Of a stretch of DNA of 54,847 nt, positions 18,170 through 26,531 are shown in pieces. Position 1 is the first letter of the stretch. Each line of letters begins with the position of its first letter. The position numbers were made by a program, and so were the translations under genes. Source of the DNA: Candidatus Hermodarchaeum yapensis (GTDB lineage: Archaea > Asgardarchaeota > Hermodarchaeia > Hermodarchaeales > Hermodarchaeaceae). The stretch lies in contig JAEOSK010000018.1 of the NCBI GenBank assembly GCA_016840405.1, positions 1-54,847 of the forward strand, written 5' to 3'. The notes beneath the pieces are model-generated. The model ran no database searches. It worked only from the letters and a program-made list of their open reading frames with translations, and was not told where the DNA came from.

Positions 18170-20206
18170 TTAGTCAACAATCTCGTAGTATCGCAGTTCA
18201 AACACTGTTGGATCTAAACCCACTAGTAACTCGTTTTCTCCATCGTTATCGATATCTCCAATTATCACGACTTCTACGCTAACATCTGGATCTGAAACAG
18301 TATATTCAATCCAATTTCCTTCGCTAAATTCATAGTATCTTATAGTCTGGTCAGATGGACGGGTGGGTATATCTTGAAGCCCGATAGCCAGCTCATTTAA
18401 TCCATCGTTATCTAGATCTCCGATAGCTACATGATAAATAGATGTACCGTGAGTTTCGTCTGTCCATCCTCCAGGGACATCGGACACAATATGTTCACAC
18501 CAGTTGTTGTCTTCAAGCTTGTAAACACGTACCTCGTTCTGATTTGCACTATACGCTCCCCAAGCAATTTCTGTTTTACCATCATTATCAACATCTCCGG
18601 TATCTATTCCCCAACTGGTTGGTGGGTCAAGAATGTCGTTACGTGTCCAAGTGCCTGAATCAAATTCGTAGTATGATAAAACTTGATATGTTCCTCCCAT
18701 TCCTGCATATACAAGTTCATTCAACCCATCGTGGTCAATGTCAGCAATTTCTATGCCATCACATTCGCCAAGGTTATTTTCAATATTAAATTGGTTCCAG
18801 GACCCTGTTTCATATTCGTAATAACTTAGTTCGTAACCTGAGCCTTGCATGGTTCCCACTGCGACTTCGTTTTGTCCATCATTATCGATATCACCAATGG
18901 CCACAGCCAATGTGGTTCCATCAGGATTAGCTATGTTATACTCATTCCAACTAGTTCCATCGAATTCATAATATTTGAGTTCATACCCTTGTGAATCGTA
19001 TATGAATGCAACTGCAATTTCATTTAGTAGATCATTATCTACATCTCCGATTGCTAGTTCCCAACCCCATACAGAGTTTTCAACTATGATCTCTTCATTC
19101 CAGCTCTCTGATTGATATTCATATATTCGGATTTGCGCAGTATGGCTTGGTGTATTTATTAATACGGCAATCTCGTTTTCGTTATCGTTGTCAACATCGC
19201 CAATTTTTACTCCACGATATCCAATTTTTCCATCAAAGTCAGCGATATTAAATTCATTGGTTTGGTCATAGCTAATGAAGGTTTGATCTATGTGTAATGA
19301 TGAAATAATCTTGTTACCTTCTGTCTGATCGTTATCTACGACTCGAAGGACAATTATGGTCGATGTGTCGTCTGGGATATCAGCAGTAAAAAGTCTGTCA
19401 ACATCTGGATTTCGAAATTCGAGAATAGGAATCCACGAATCACCGGATTGAAGTTGGAAGATAAATGCTCCATCAGTATCATCGGAGGGAAAATTAGCGT
19501 GCCCAAAAATGTTGAGTACTGTATTTTGGCGTTCTTGTAGGTCTTCGAAAATAAATATCCAACCAAGTTCTGTTGTGTCATCTCTGGGTTTTTTGGTTCC
19601 ATGCGTGTTCTTTTCTTCATTTAGTATTTCATAAGTTCCATCCACGAGGTAAGTACTGACATACGAACCTGAGGTCGTTCCAAAACCGATTATCGGATCT
19701 TGATATTCACTATCAATTGCCTCAATGTCTGGAGGAGGTGAAGGCCCTTCAACTGTAACAGTTCTGGAATCTGACGAACCTGATTTAGCTCGTTGTGCTT
19801 CACTGAAAATTCGAATTTCATAAGTGCCAGGACTACCGGTCAGTTCCCAAAAAACTGAATAGAATTCATCTTTCAGGAGATTTTGGGATTGTGGGTGATC
19901 TCCAGCAATGATTTGGAAATTTGAACCATCTACTGTGTTGAAGTCATTGGACCCTTCTCCAATGCTATATTGAACGTATGAATTGACAGTTCCTGCATCG
20001 TCTCCTTGACACAGGATGTTACCTGAAACCGTGAAACTACCTTCATATTCAATTATGGTTCCGTCAGATGGTGCTGTAATTTCCACTCTTAGTGTGGCTT
20101 TGGGTGGTCGTTTAGATTGAGTGATTGTGATTGATGTAAAAATTAAAAGACCCATGAATAATGCAATAGTTAGGTTTCTTCTCTTCAACCGAGAATCCCT
20201 CCTCAC
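18170..20206 (-). CDS. Secreted FG-GAP/VCBS-repeat (integrin-alpha-like) beta-propeller protein with N-terminal beta-sandwich domains
   Basis: Seven (G/A)D(V/I/L)D(N/H)D..(N/T)E repeats; signal/anchor helix; ITAPSDG Ig-like start. Confidence 0.85.
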   Translation of the reverse strand: MRRDSRLKRRNLTIALFMGLLIFTSITITQSKRPPKATLRVEITAPSDGTIIEYEGSFTVSGNILCQGDDAGTVNSYVQYSIGEGSNDFNTVDGSNFQIIAGDHPQSQNLLKDEFYSVFWELTGSPGTYEIRIFSEAQRAKSGSSDSRTVTVEGPSPPPDIEAIDSEYQDPIIGFGTTSGSYVSTYLVDGTYEILNEEKNTHGTKKPRDDTTELGWIFIFEDLQERQNTVLNIFGHANFPSDDTDGAFIFQLQSGDSWIPILEFRNPDVDRLFTADIPDDTSTIIVLRVVDNDQTEGNKIISSLHIDQTFISYDQTNEFNIADFDGKIGYRGVKIGDVDNDNENEIAVLINTPSHTAQIRIYEYQSESWNEEIIVENSVWGWELAIGDVDNDLLNEIAVAFIYDSQGYELKYYEFDGTSWNEYNIANPDGTTLAVAIGDIDNDGQNEVAVGTMQGSGYELSYYEYETGSWNQFNIENNLGECDGIEIADIDHDGLNELVYAGMGGTYQVLSYYEFDSGTWTRNDILDPPTSWGIDTGDVDNDGKTEIAWGAYSANQNEVRVYKLEDNNWCEHIVSDVPGGWTDETHGTSIYHVAIGDLDNDGLNELAIGLQDIPTRPSDQTIRYYEFSEGNWIEYTVSDPDVSVEVVIIGDIDNDGENELLVGLDPTVFELRYYEIVD

Positions 20207-20308
20207 CTAATATTAACTATGTATTGGTTAATTCTTTTTATAAGTTAATTGGTTTCTTTTGAAAATTAGCATATTACGGTTACTGGCTTCTACTGAAATT
20301 CTTGGTCA

Positions 20309-21499
20309 TTATATTTTATTTAGAATTTCTAGAGCTCTTTCGATATCTTTGGTTGTATTGTACAAGTGTGGTGAGAAACGGAGTAACCCTTCACGGAATG
20401 CAATGAAGATGTTTTCTTCTTGGAGATGTTTGAAGATGGTTTTATTCCGCTCAGGTTCACGGTGACTAATGAGAATGATTGCAGTTCGGTCTTCTTTCGC
20501 TTGGGGGCTGTGAATGGTGTATTTGCTGGAATCTAATCCCGTGAGGAATTGATCAACGAGCTTTGCATTGTGATTATTAATTTGGTCTAGCCCCTGTTCA
20601 TGAAGGTATTTGATGCTTTCAGTCCAGGGAAGGAAGTTGAAGAAGTTGGCAGTACCAAAGACATCGTATTGGGGGGCACCGATATTAGAGAGGATTTGGT
20701 ACTCCCGCATTTTGTCCATTTCTCGGTCGCCTTGCATGGCTAGCCAGTAGGTTTGGTTATAATCTAACTTATCGATCAAATCTCGTTTCATCCAAGCGAA
20801 ACCGGTGCCATAGGGTCCGCAGAGCCATTTGTAACCTGTACAGGTGATGGCGTCCACAGGGTGTTTGGATACGTTGAAAGGTTGACCGCCTAGGCCTTGT
20901 GTGACGTTGAGGAGAAACAGCAAATCGTGTTCATGACAGGATTTTCCGATGGCTTTCGCATCGAATTGATACCCAGTAAAGGAATCGACCCAGGTTGCGT
21001 TTAGAATCTTTGTAGCGGGTGTTATGGCTTTGATGACGTCCGTGACATCAAGGGCGTGCCCTTCAGGTTCAATTTCTCGTACAATGATCCCGCGTTTCCG
21101 AAGATATAGCCAGGAGAGTATACTGGCAGGGAAATCGCCTTTGACGAGTAAGACTTCATCCCCCTTCCTCAAAGGAATGCCGTTGGCCCACAGATGAATC
21201 CCATAAGTTGCACTGTTACCTAAGATGATTTCTTCCTCAGGTGCTCCTATTAGTTTGCCTAAAGCGGTTTTCAGTTGCTTTGGTGATTCTACGAAAACTG
21301 CTTCGCTTAATCTGTAGGGTTGAAGGTTCAGTTTGATAGCTTCTTCTGCAGCCTTGAGCGCCACCCTTGGCATGGCCCCAATACTTGATGCATTAATCCA
21401 GGTTTTGTCGTGAAAGGGTCCAAAATCATCAACAAACGGTTTCATGAGTGATATGTCCCCATAGGCTTTATTAGCTCTTACCTTAAGAATCCTCATCAT
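20309..21499 (-). CDS. Class V PLP-dependent aminotransferase/lyase
   Basis: INASSIG, GYKWLCGPYG (PLP Lys) and RFSPHLYN motifs; the true start is probably the downstream ATG (MKPFVDDF). Confidence 0.85.
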   Translation of the reverse strand: MMRILKVRANKAYGDISLMKPFVDDFGPFHDKTWINASSIGAMPRVALKAAEEAIKLNLQPYRLSEAVFVESPKQLKTALGKLIGAPEEEIILGNSATYGIHLWANGIPLRKGDEVLLVKGDFPASILSWLYLRKRGIIVREIEPEGHALDVTDVIKAITPATKILNATWVDSFTGYQFDAKAIGKSCHEHDLLFLLNVTQGLGGQPFNVSKHPVDAITCTGYKWLCGPYGTGFAWMKRDLIDKLDYNQTYWLAMQGDREMDKMREYQILSNIGAPQYDVFGTANFFNFLPWTESIKYLHEQGLDQINNHNAKLVDQFLTGLDSSKYTIHSPQAKEDRTAIILISHREPERNKTIFKHLQEENIFIAFREGLLRFSPHLYNTTKDIERALEILNKI

Positions 21500-21530
21500 A
21501 TCATTTCACTATTCGAACGGAGTTTTCACT

Positions 21531-22364
21531 GTGAATTTGCTATCAATCACCACCCCTCCATTAGCAGTGTTAATTGACCAACGGGGCTACCAACTTGAAG
21601 CTATATTAGATGTCATGCACCGAATGCTGAAGGAGTCTCTTATCGATGGTTTTGAATTCCAAAACCTTGCTGAATGGGATGCTACTGGACCACCCAAGGA
21701 TAAGGCCAAATTTGAAGTTCGACTTAAAGTCTGGGAGACTTGTGAGAAATACTCAGTTGATGAATTATCTGTGATTTTAAAGGAATCAAAACTACCAATC
21801 TTATCAGTTCATGCGAATCGAGACGTTGGAATCCACCTATGTAGTGATAAACGACGTGAAATCCAACGGGGTGAACGTCTTATTCATGATTCATTGAATC
21901 TCGCACAACAAGTGGGAGCACGAGTATGTGTCTTCCACCTTTGGGACACTTGGAAACACCAATTCGACCCTGCATTTCTTCAACGAACATTAGAAACAAT
22001 TGCGGATGAATATCCAAAAGTGAAGGCGGCTGTGGAAAATGTACCAATTAACCTACCGAACCATACTCCCTTTGAAGTAGTGAAAGAGTTTGAATGGATA
22101 ACGTTGGATCTTCGTTGGGCGGGGATGTATAATGAACTAGACAAGTTTGCAGAGGTTAGTAACCGTATCGTCAATGTGCATTTAAGAGGGCGCCTAGAAA
22201 CTGCAAAATGGGCTATCCATCATGCTCCCTTCACGTTCTATGAAGTACTCAATCTGCTTAGAAGCGAGTGGAATTTTTCAGGGCTTCTGACAGTTGAACC
22301 TGAGGGCGGACTGAAGGGTGCTGAATGGGCTGATTTTACAGCAGCTATGACTTCGATACGGTGA
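21531..22364 (+). CDS. Sugar-phosphate isomerase/AP-endonuclease-2 family TIM barrel
   Basis: SVHA, VFH, VEN, TLD, VH and VE metal-ligand pattern. Confidence 0.75.
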   Translation: MNLLSITTPPLAVLIDQRGYQLEAILDVMHRMLKESLIDGFEFQNLAEWDATGPPKDKAKFEVRLKVWETCEKYSVDELSVILKESKLPILSVHANRDVGIHLCSDKRREIQRGERLIHDSLNLAQQVGARVCVFHLWDTWKHQFDPAFLQRTLETIADEYPKVKAAVENVPINLPNHTPFEVVKEFEWITLDLRWAGMYNELDKFAEVSNRIVNVHLRGRLETAKWAIHHAPFTFYEVLNLLRSEWNFSGLLTVEPEGGLKGAEWADFTAAMTSIR

Positions 22365-22401
22365 ATATCAAGAATTTAATTTCATTCGGTGTAATCGATG
22401 A

Positions 22402-22632
22402 TTAGTCAGAATAGTCTTCTAGGGGGCACCAGTCAGGAATCGTGAAACCTGCTTGGATGAGGTCTTCGAAACTGATGATGAATTTTGCACCGGTTACCAG
22501 ACTGGGATGAGCGCAATAGAGAGCGACTTTTCCACTCCCTGATTCACCTTGATTCCGCACGTAGGGGCATTCAATACAATTCTCAACGACAATGAGTTTC
22601 TTGTTGGTTTCACATTCAGCCATTATATTCAC
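22402..22632 (-). CDS. Small Cys-rich putative metal-binding protein
   Basis: CxxCPY, YCxHP and IPDWCPL motifs. Confidence 0.65.
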   Translation of the reverse strand: MNIMAECETNKKLIVVENCIECPYVRNQGESGSGKVALYCAHPSLVTGAKFIISFEDLIQAGFTIPDWCPLEDYSD

Positions 22633-22651
22633 ATTCTGGGTGAGTGTTATC

Positions 22652-22671
22652 GGGTAAGCCGGAACTTACCC
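22652..22671. promoter_or_regulatory. Perfect inverted repeat GGGTAAG-N6-CTTACCC
   Basis: Seen directly in the 50-nt intergenic gap; could be an operator or a hairpin. Confidence 0.45.
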
Positions 22672-22682
22672 CACAAAAGTGT

Positions 22683-23267
22683 TCAGGTGTTGCCAGGCTT
22701 CGGAGGATAAACTTCATCCTGATCGAGTGCAATAAATTTGTTGCCTTGATTAACGATACGAATCCCCTCTCGATTTTCCCACCGGATTAAACCTATAAGT
22801 GATAACCAAAAACCGGATATTGATGCCCCCATAATGAATGAGAACAATGCTAATGTCATTGACACAAAAAGTGGATTTAGCCAGGAGTGAAAGGGCCATA
22901 GCCATGCTATTACACCAAAGATTGGAATCCAAATTATCATAGCTATGAGGGCATTCCGTGTTGCTTTTGTTTGTCCGAAAGGTTTGGGCACAAAGAAGGG
23001 AAGCCGTTTAAGCCAACCTAATGTATATCGAATTTGTAAAGCCCAACTGGATCCTAACCCACAGAAGAAAAGGATAAGACCTAGAGGATTGAAGAAGAAT
23101 ACGAGAAACCCAGAAAATATGATCCACCAGACAATTAGGATCCATATACTACTCCAAATGATGTTAACAATCCAGTATCGGTTTCGCAGAATATCCCCCG
23201 GGCTTATACTTGTCTCTTCTAGTTCTTTTCCCTCGTCCATAGTGTGAACCACCAGTTGGTAATTCAA
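22683..23267 (-). CDS. Hypothetical membrane protein (about 4 TM)
   Basis: Four hydrophobic, Trp-rich segments. Confidence 0.65.
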   Translation of the reverse strand: MNYQLVVHTMDEGKELEETSISPGDILRNRYWIVNIIWSSIWILIVWWIIFSGFLVFFFNPLGLILFFCGLGSSWALQIRYTLGWLKRLPFFVPKPFGQTKATRNALIAMIIWIPIFGVIAWLWPFHSWLNPLFVSMTLALFSFIMGASISGFWLSLIGLIRWENREGIRIVNQGNKFIALDQDEVYPPKPGNT

Positions 23268-23347
23268 ATACTTTTTCTTCCGTTGATGATAAAAACTTAA
23301 TCAATTCTATAGCATATTATAAAGTAGGTATTTTCGAAGGTGATATT

Positions 23348-24319
23348 ATTCCTAGTTTACTTGATTCATTAAAGGTAAAGGGTGTATTCTTTAAAAACCG
23401 CCTTGTGCTTCCTCCTATGCTTCAAGATGCTGCCACTGTGGAGGGTGGAGTAACTGAGAAAGTCATAAAATTCTACGAAGAACGGGCAGAAGCGGTGGGA
23501 TTGATTATTGTTGAGTGCACTTATGTGACGTTAACCGGACAGCAGACCAAACGACAATTGGGCATATATGATGATAGTTTGGTTCCTGGTCTGAAAGAAT
23601 TAGTGAAACGTATTCAACCTTTTAACACGCGTATTGTGATTCAGTTGAATCATGCAGGAATAAAAACTGATCCGAAACTTGGCATTGAGAAGGTTGCACC
23701 TTCTGCCATGGAGGGGGCACGAGAACTCACTGTACAGGAAATCGAAGTCTTGACGTTTGCGTTTAGTCGCGCTGCAGAACGGGCTGCTAACGCAGGATTT
23801 GATGGCGTGGAGATTCATGGGGCACATGGATATCTGTTGAACCGGTTCGTTTCATCCATCTCGAATCTTCGAACTGATGAATATGGTGGGAGCTTGGAAA
23901 ATCGGATGCGATTTCCGCTTGAGGTGGTTCGGGAAATCCGAAGGCGTATTGGGTCAAAATTATTGCTTTATCGGCTGGGGTCGGTGGATTTGCAGATGAT
24001 GGGAATCCAGATTGAAGATTCGCAACAGTTTGCCAAAGCGTTGGTTCAAGCGGGTGTTGATATATTGGATGTGTCGGGGGGTTTGTGTGGTAGCGCACCG
24101 GCTTCTCTCGAAGGAACAGAGGGTTATTTCGTGCCGCAAGCTCTAGCTATAAAACAAGTGGTCGATGTACCTGTGATTGGTGTCGGTGGCGTGAAAACTC
24201 CTCAGTACGCGAATCAGGTGATTCAAGAGGATAAAGTGGATTTCATTGCGGTTGGGCGAGTCTTACAAAATGATCCCTATTGGGCTATCAAGGCAGTGAA
24301 ATCCCTGAAAGCTGGATGA
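23348..24319 (+). CDS. NADH:flavin oxidoreductase (Old Yellow Enzyme family)
   Basis: KNRLVLPPM, IQLNHAG, GFDGVEIHGAHGYLL and RTDEYGGSLENRMRF motifs. Homologous N-terminal sequence extends upstream of the GTG at 23405 to an ATT at 23348. Confidence 0.9.
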   Translation: MPSLLDSLKVKGVFFKNRLVLPPMLQDAATVEGGVTEKVIKFYEERAEAVGLIIVECTYVTLTGQQTKRQLGIYDDSLVPGLKELVKRIQPFNTRIVIQLNHAGIKTDPKLGIEKVAPSAMEGARELTVQEIEVLTFAFSRAAERAANAGFDGVEIHGAHGYLLNRFVSSISNLRTDEYGGSLENRMRFPLEVVREIRRRIGSKLLLYRLGSVDLQMMGIQIEDSQQFAKALVQAGVDILDVSGGLCGSAPASLEGTEGYFVPQALAIKQVVDVPVIGVGGVKTPQYANQVIQEDKVDFIAVGRVLQNDPYWAIKAVKSLKAG

Positions 24320-24328
24320 GGTGACACT

Positions 24329-25072
24329 ATGTCTGAGAATATTGGTCCAGAATTTTATAGCAATACAAAGTATGACCGAGAAACTCTCCCGCGTGGAAAA
24401 TTAGACCTTTCAACTAAACCACCCCAATTCAAAACCTATGACTCAGTTACACGTGTTCGGTTACCTGGACCCCAGCTAGAAGAAGGGCCAGGGTTTTGGG
24501 GGCTTCTGAAAGGTCGGCGGAGTGTACGGGCTTTTACTGAGAAACCCATTTCTAAAGAACAGTTATCTCAGATTCTTTGGGCGACTCAAGGCATTAGCAA
24601 AGCATTCGTACCAGCGTATGGAGGAACGATTGGATTGCGAACAGCTCCTTCAGCTGGTGGACTATACCCGATTGAGACGTATCTGTGCGTCAATAAAGTC
24701 ACAGACTTGGAGCCAGGTATCTACCATTATTCAGTGGCAGAAAGAGAACTGGAACTCATTAAACCTGGTAAATTTGGAAAGGAACTGGCTGAAGCCGCCT
24801 TAGGGCAGAGTATGTTAGCTAAGGGAAACGCCGTGTTTATTTGGACGGCGATTTTTGAGCGTTCGAAATGGAAGTACAAGCAACGGGCATTTCGTTATGT
24901 GTTTCTTGATGTTGGGCATATTGCGCAGAATCTAGCTCTAGCTGCGGAAGGTGTAGGACTAGGCAGTTGTCAAGTTGCAGCATTCTATGATGATGAAGTG
25001 AATCAATTGTTAGAGATTGATGGGAAAAACGAAAGTGTCCTGTATCTCAGTGTAATTGGCGAAAAACGATGA
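24329..25072 (+). CDS. SagB/ThcOx-family nitroreductase-fold dehydrogenase
   Basis: RRSVRAF, RTAPSAGGLYPIE, WKY..RAFRY..LDVGHIAQN and AFYDD motifs. Confidence 0.9.
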   Translation: MSENIGPEFYSNTKYDRETLPRGKLDLSTKPPQFKTYDSVTRVRLPGPQLEEGPGFWGLLKGRRSVRAFTEKPISKEQLSQILWATQGISKAFVPAYGGTIGLRTAPSAGGLYPIETYLCVNKVTDLEPGIYHYSVAERELELIKPGKFGKELAEAALGQSMLAKGNAVFIWTAIFERSKWKYKQRAFRYVFLDVGHIAQNLALAAEGVGLGSCQVAAFYDDEVNQLLEIDGKNESVLYLSVIGEKR

Positions 25073-25103
25073 GGTTGGTGGCACCAGAAGCGTCTCACAC
25101 GAT

Positions 25104-26423
25104 TTACTTCGGGGATGGTCGTCGAATGCGATAAAGAAAAATCGCGAAGATAATCGCTACGATAGCAAGTACACCAGTGATAGTAAAGGCTAAGAAGTAA
25201 CTTCCAGTGAAGTCGACGATAAGTCCTGCAGCAAGGGCACCTGTGATTCCAGCAACCCCGTAGGCCGTGAAGAGAACACCGTAATTTGATCCAACATTCT
25301 TGGTCCCATAGTAATCAGCGGTGGATGAGGGGAAGAGGGCAAAATTTCCACCAAAGCAGAAACCCACTAAAGATGCTACGATCATGACAGTAATCCAGCT
25401 CGCGTAAGTTGTGCTAAGAAAAGCGAAGCCGAACATGCCAATAGTGAGTAGAGTGAACATAATCACCATGGTAGATACTCTTCCAATGCGGTCTGAGAGA
25501 GCACCCCATACGATTCGACCGATAGCATTGAAGATTGACATAACGCCGACGATTATGGACGCGATTACTCCCCAAATCGGAAGACTTGAAGTGAGGGGAT
25601 CAATAGCTGCGGCAGCGGATTTTACATTCCCTAAGGTCATGAGACCCGCTGTGGCTGCGAAGAGAAACATGAACCATAATAACCAGAACACAACCGTTAC
25701 AATCATTTCTCTTGGAATGTAATCTTTACCTTTGGCGTTTGCTGTACCTGGTGAAGAGGTGTATCCTGGTGGTGTCCATCCAAGTGGGGGGTTGGTTAGT
25801 AATTGTGATCCAGAGACGACTAGTACAAAGTACAATATACCTAGGATTATGAAAGCTCCACCAACAAGTGGAAATATCATTGGTAAACTTAGTAGCCATG
25901 TTTCGACGTAACCCATGACAAGGGCACCAGCCCCGAATCCAGCAACGGCAACACCGGTAATGAGTCCTTTCTTGTCTGGGAACCATTTTACAAGGGCTGC
26001 AATGGGGCAAACGTAGGCAAACCCAATACCAGCTCCGGCAATTATTCCGTAAGTAAAAATAAGCCAAGCTGTACCGATAATTGGATTACCTTGACTGATG
26101 ATATCAACAAGCCCAGCAAGGAGGTAGCCAGTAGCGAGTAATATTCCGCCAAGTGTAGCTACTTTTCGTGGACCAATTCGGTCCTGATAGTAACCAGCGA
26201 TAATCATGAACGTTGCGAAGGAAGCGAGACCTGCTGCGAATGGTAGTTGGGTTAAGAGGGAGGGCCAGACATAGATGCCTTCTCGTAGAGCGGCTTGAAA
26301 GATTGACCAAGCATAGATTGATCCCAGACAGACTTGGATAATGAGGGCACCTAATACGACAAGATAACGTCGAGAGCTACTGATTTTGATTTCCTCTGAC
26401 ATAGCGATACACCATCCATGCAA
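25104..26423 (-). CDS. MFS transporter, oxalate:formate antiporter (OFA) family
   Basis: GSIYAWS, KWFPDKKGLITG..VAGFG, GRIVWGALSDRIGR and NYG motifs. Confidence 0.9.
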   Translation of the reverse strand: MHGWCIAMSEEIKISSSRRYLVVLGALIIQVCLGSIYAWSIFQAALREGIYVWPSLLTQLPFAAGLASFATFMIIAGYYQDRIGPRKVATLGGILLATGYLLAGLVDIISQGNPIIGTAWLIFTYGIIAGAGIGFAYVCPIAALVKWFPDKKGLITGVAVAGFGAGALVMGYVETWLLSLPMIFPLVGGAFIILGILYFVLVVSGSQLLTNPPLGWTPPGYTSSPGTANAKGKDYIPREMIVTVVFWLLWFMFLFAATAGLMTLGNVKSAAAAIDPLTSSLPIWGVIASIIVGVMSIFNAIGRIVWGALSDRIGRVSTMVIMFTLLTIGMFGFAFLSTTYASWITVMIVASLVGFCFGGNFALFPSSTADYYGTKNVGSNYGVLFTAYGVAGITGALAAGLIVDFTGSYFLAFTITGVLAIVAIIFAIFLYRIRRPSPK

Positions 26424-26531
26424 GGTAATGCAGAATCTTTGAGTAAGACGACATCAGCACAGTTTGATAATTTTAATAAGTGTTAGGAACCAGCCAGAAA
26501 CTTCTGTCACCAATCAATAAGAATAAGTTAA

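Noticed and set aside
20309-21499. Cysteine desulfurase (IscS/SufS)
   Set aside because: There is no catalytic Cys loop in the C-terminal domain, and the PLP-stacking EH motif reads DF.
24329-25072. Thiazole/oxazole RiPP cluster
   Set aside because: There is no YcaO, E1-like protein or Cys/Ser-rich precursor nearby; standalone SagB-like genes are common in archaea.
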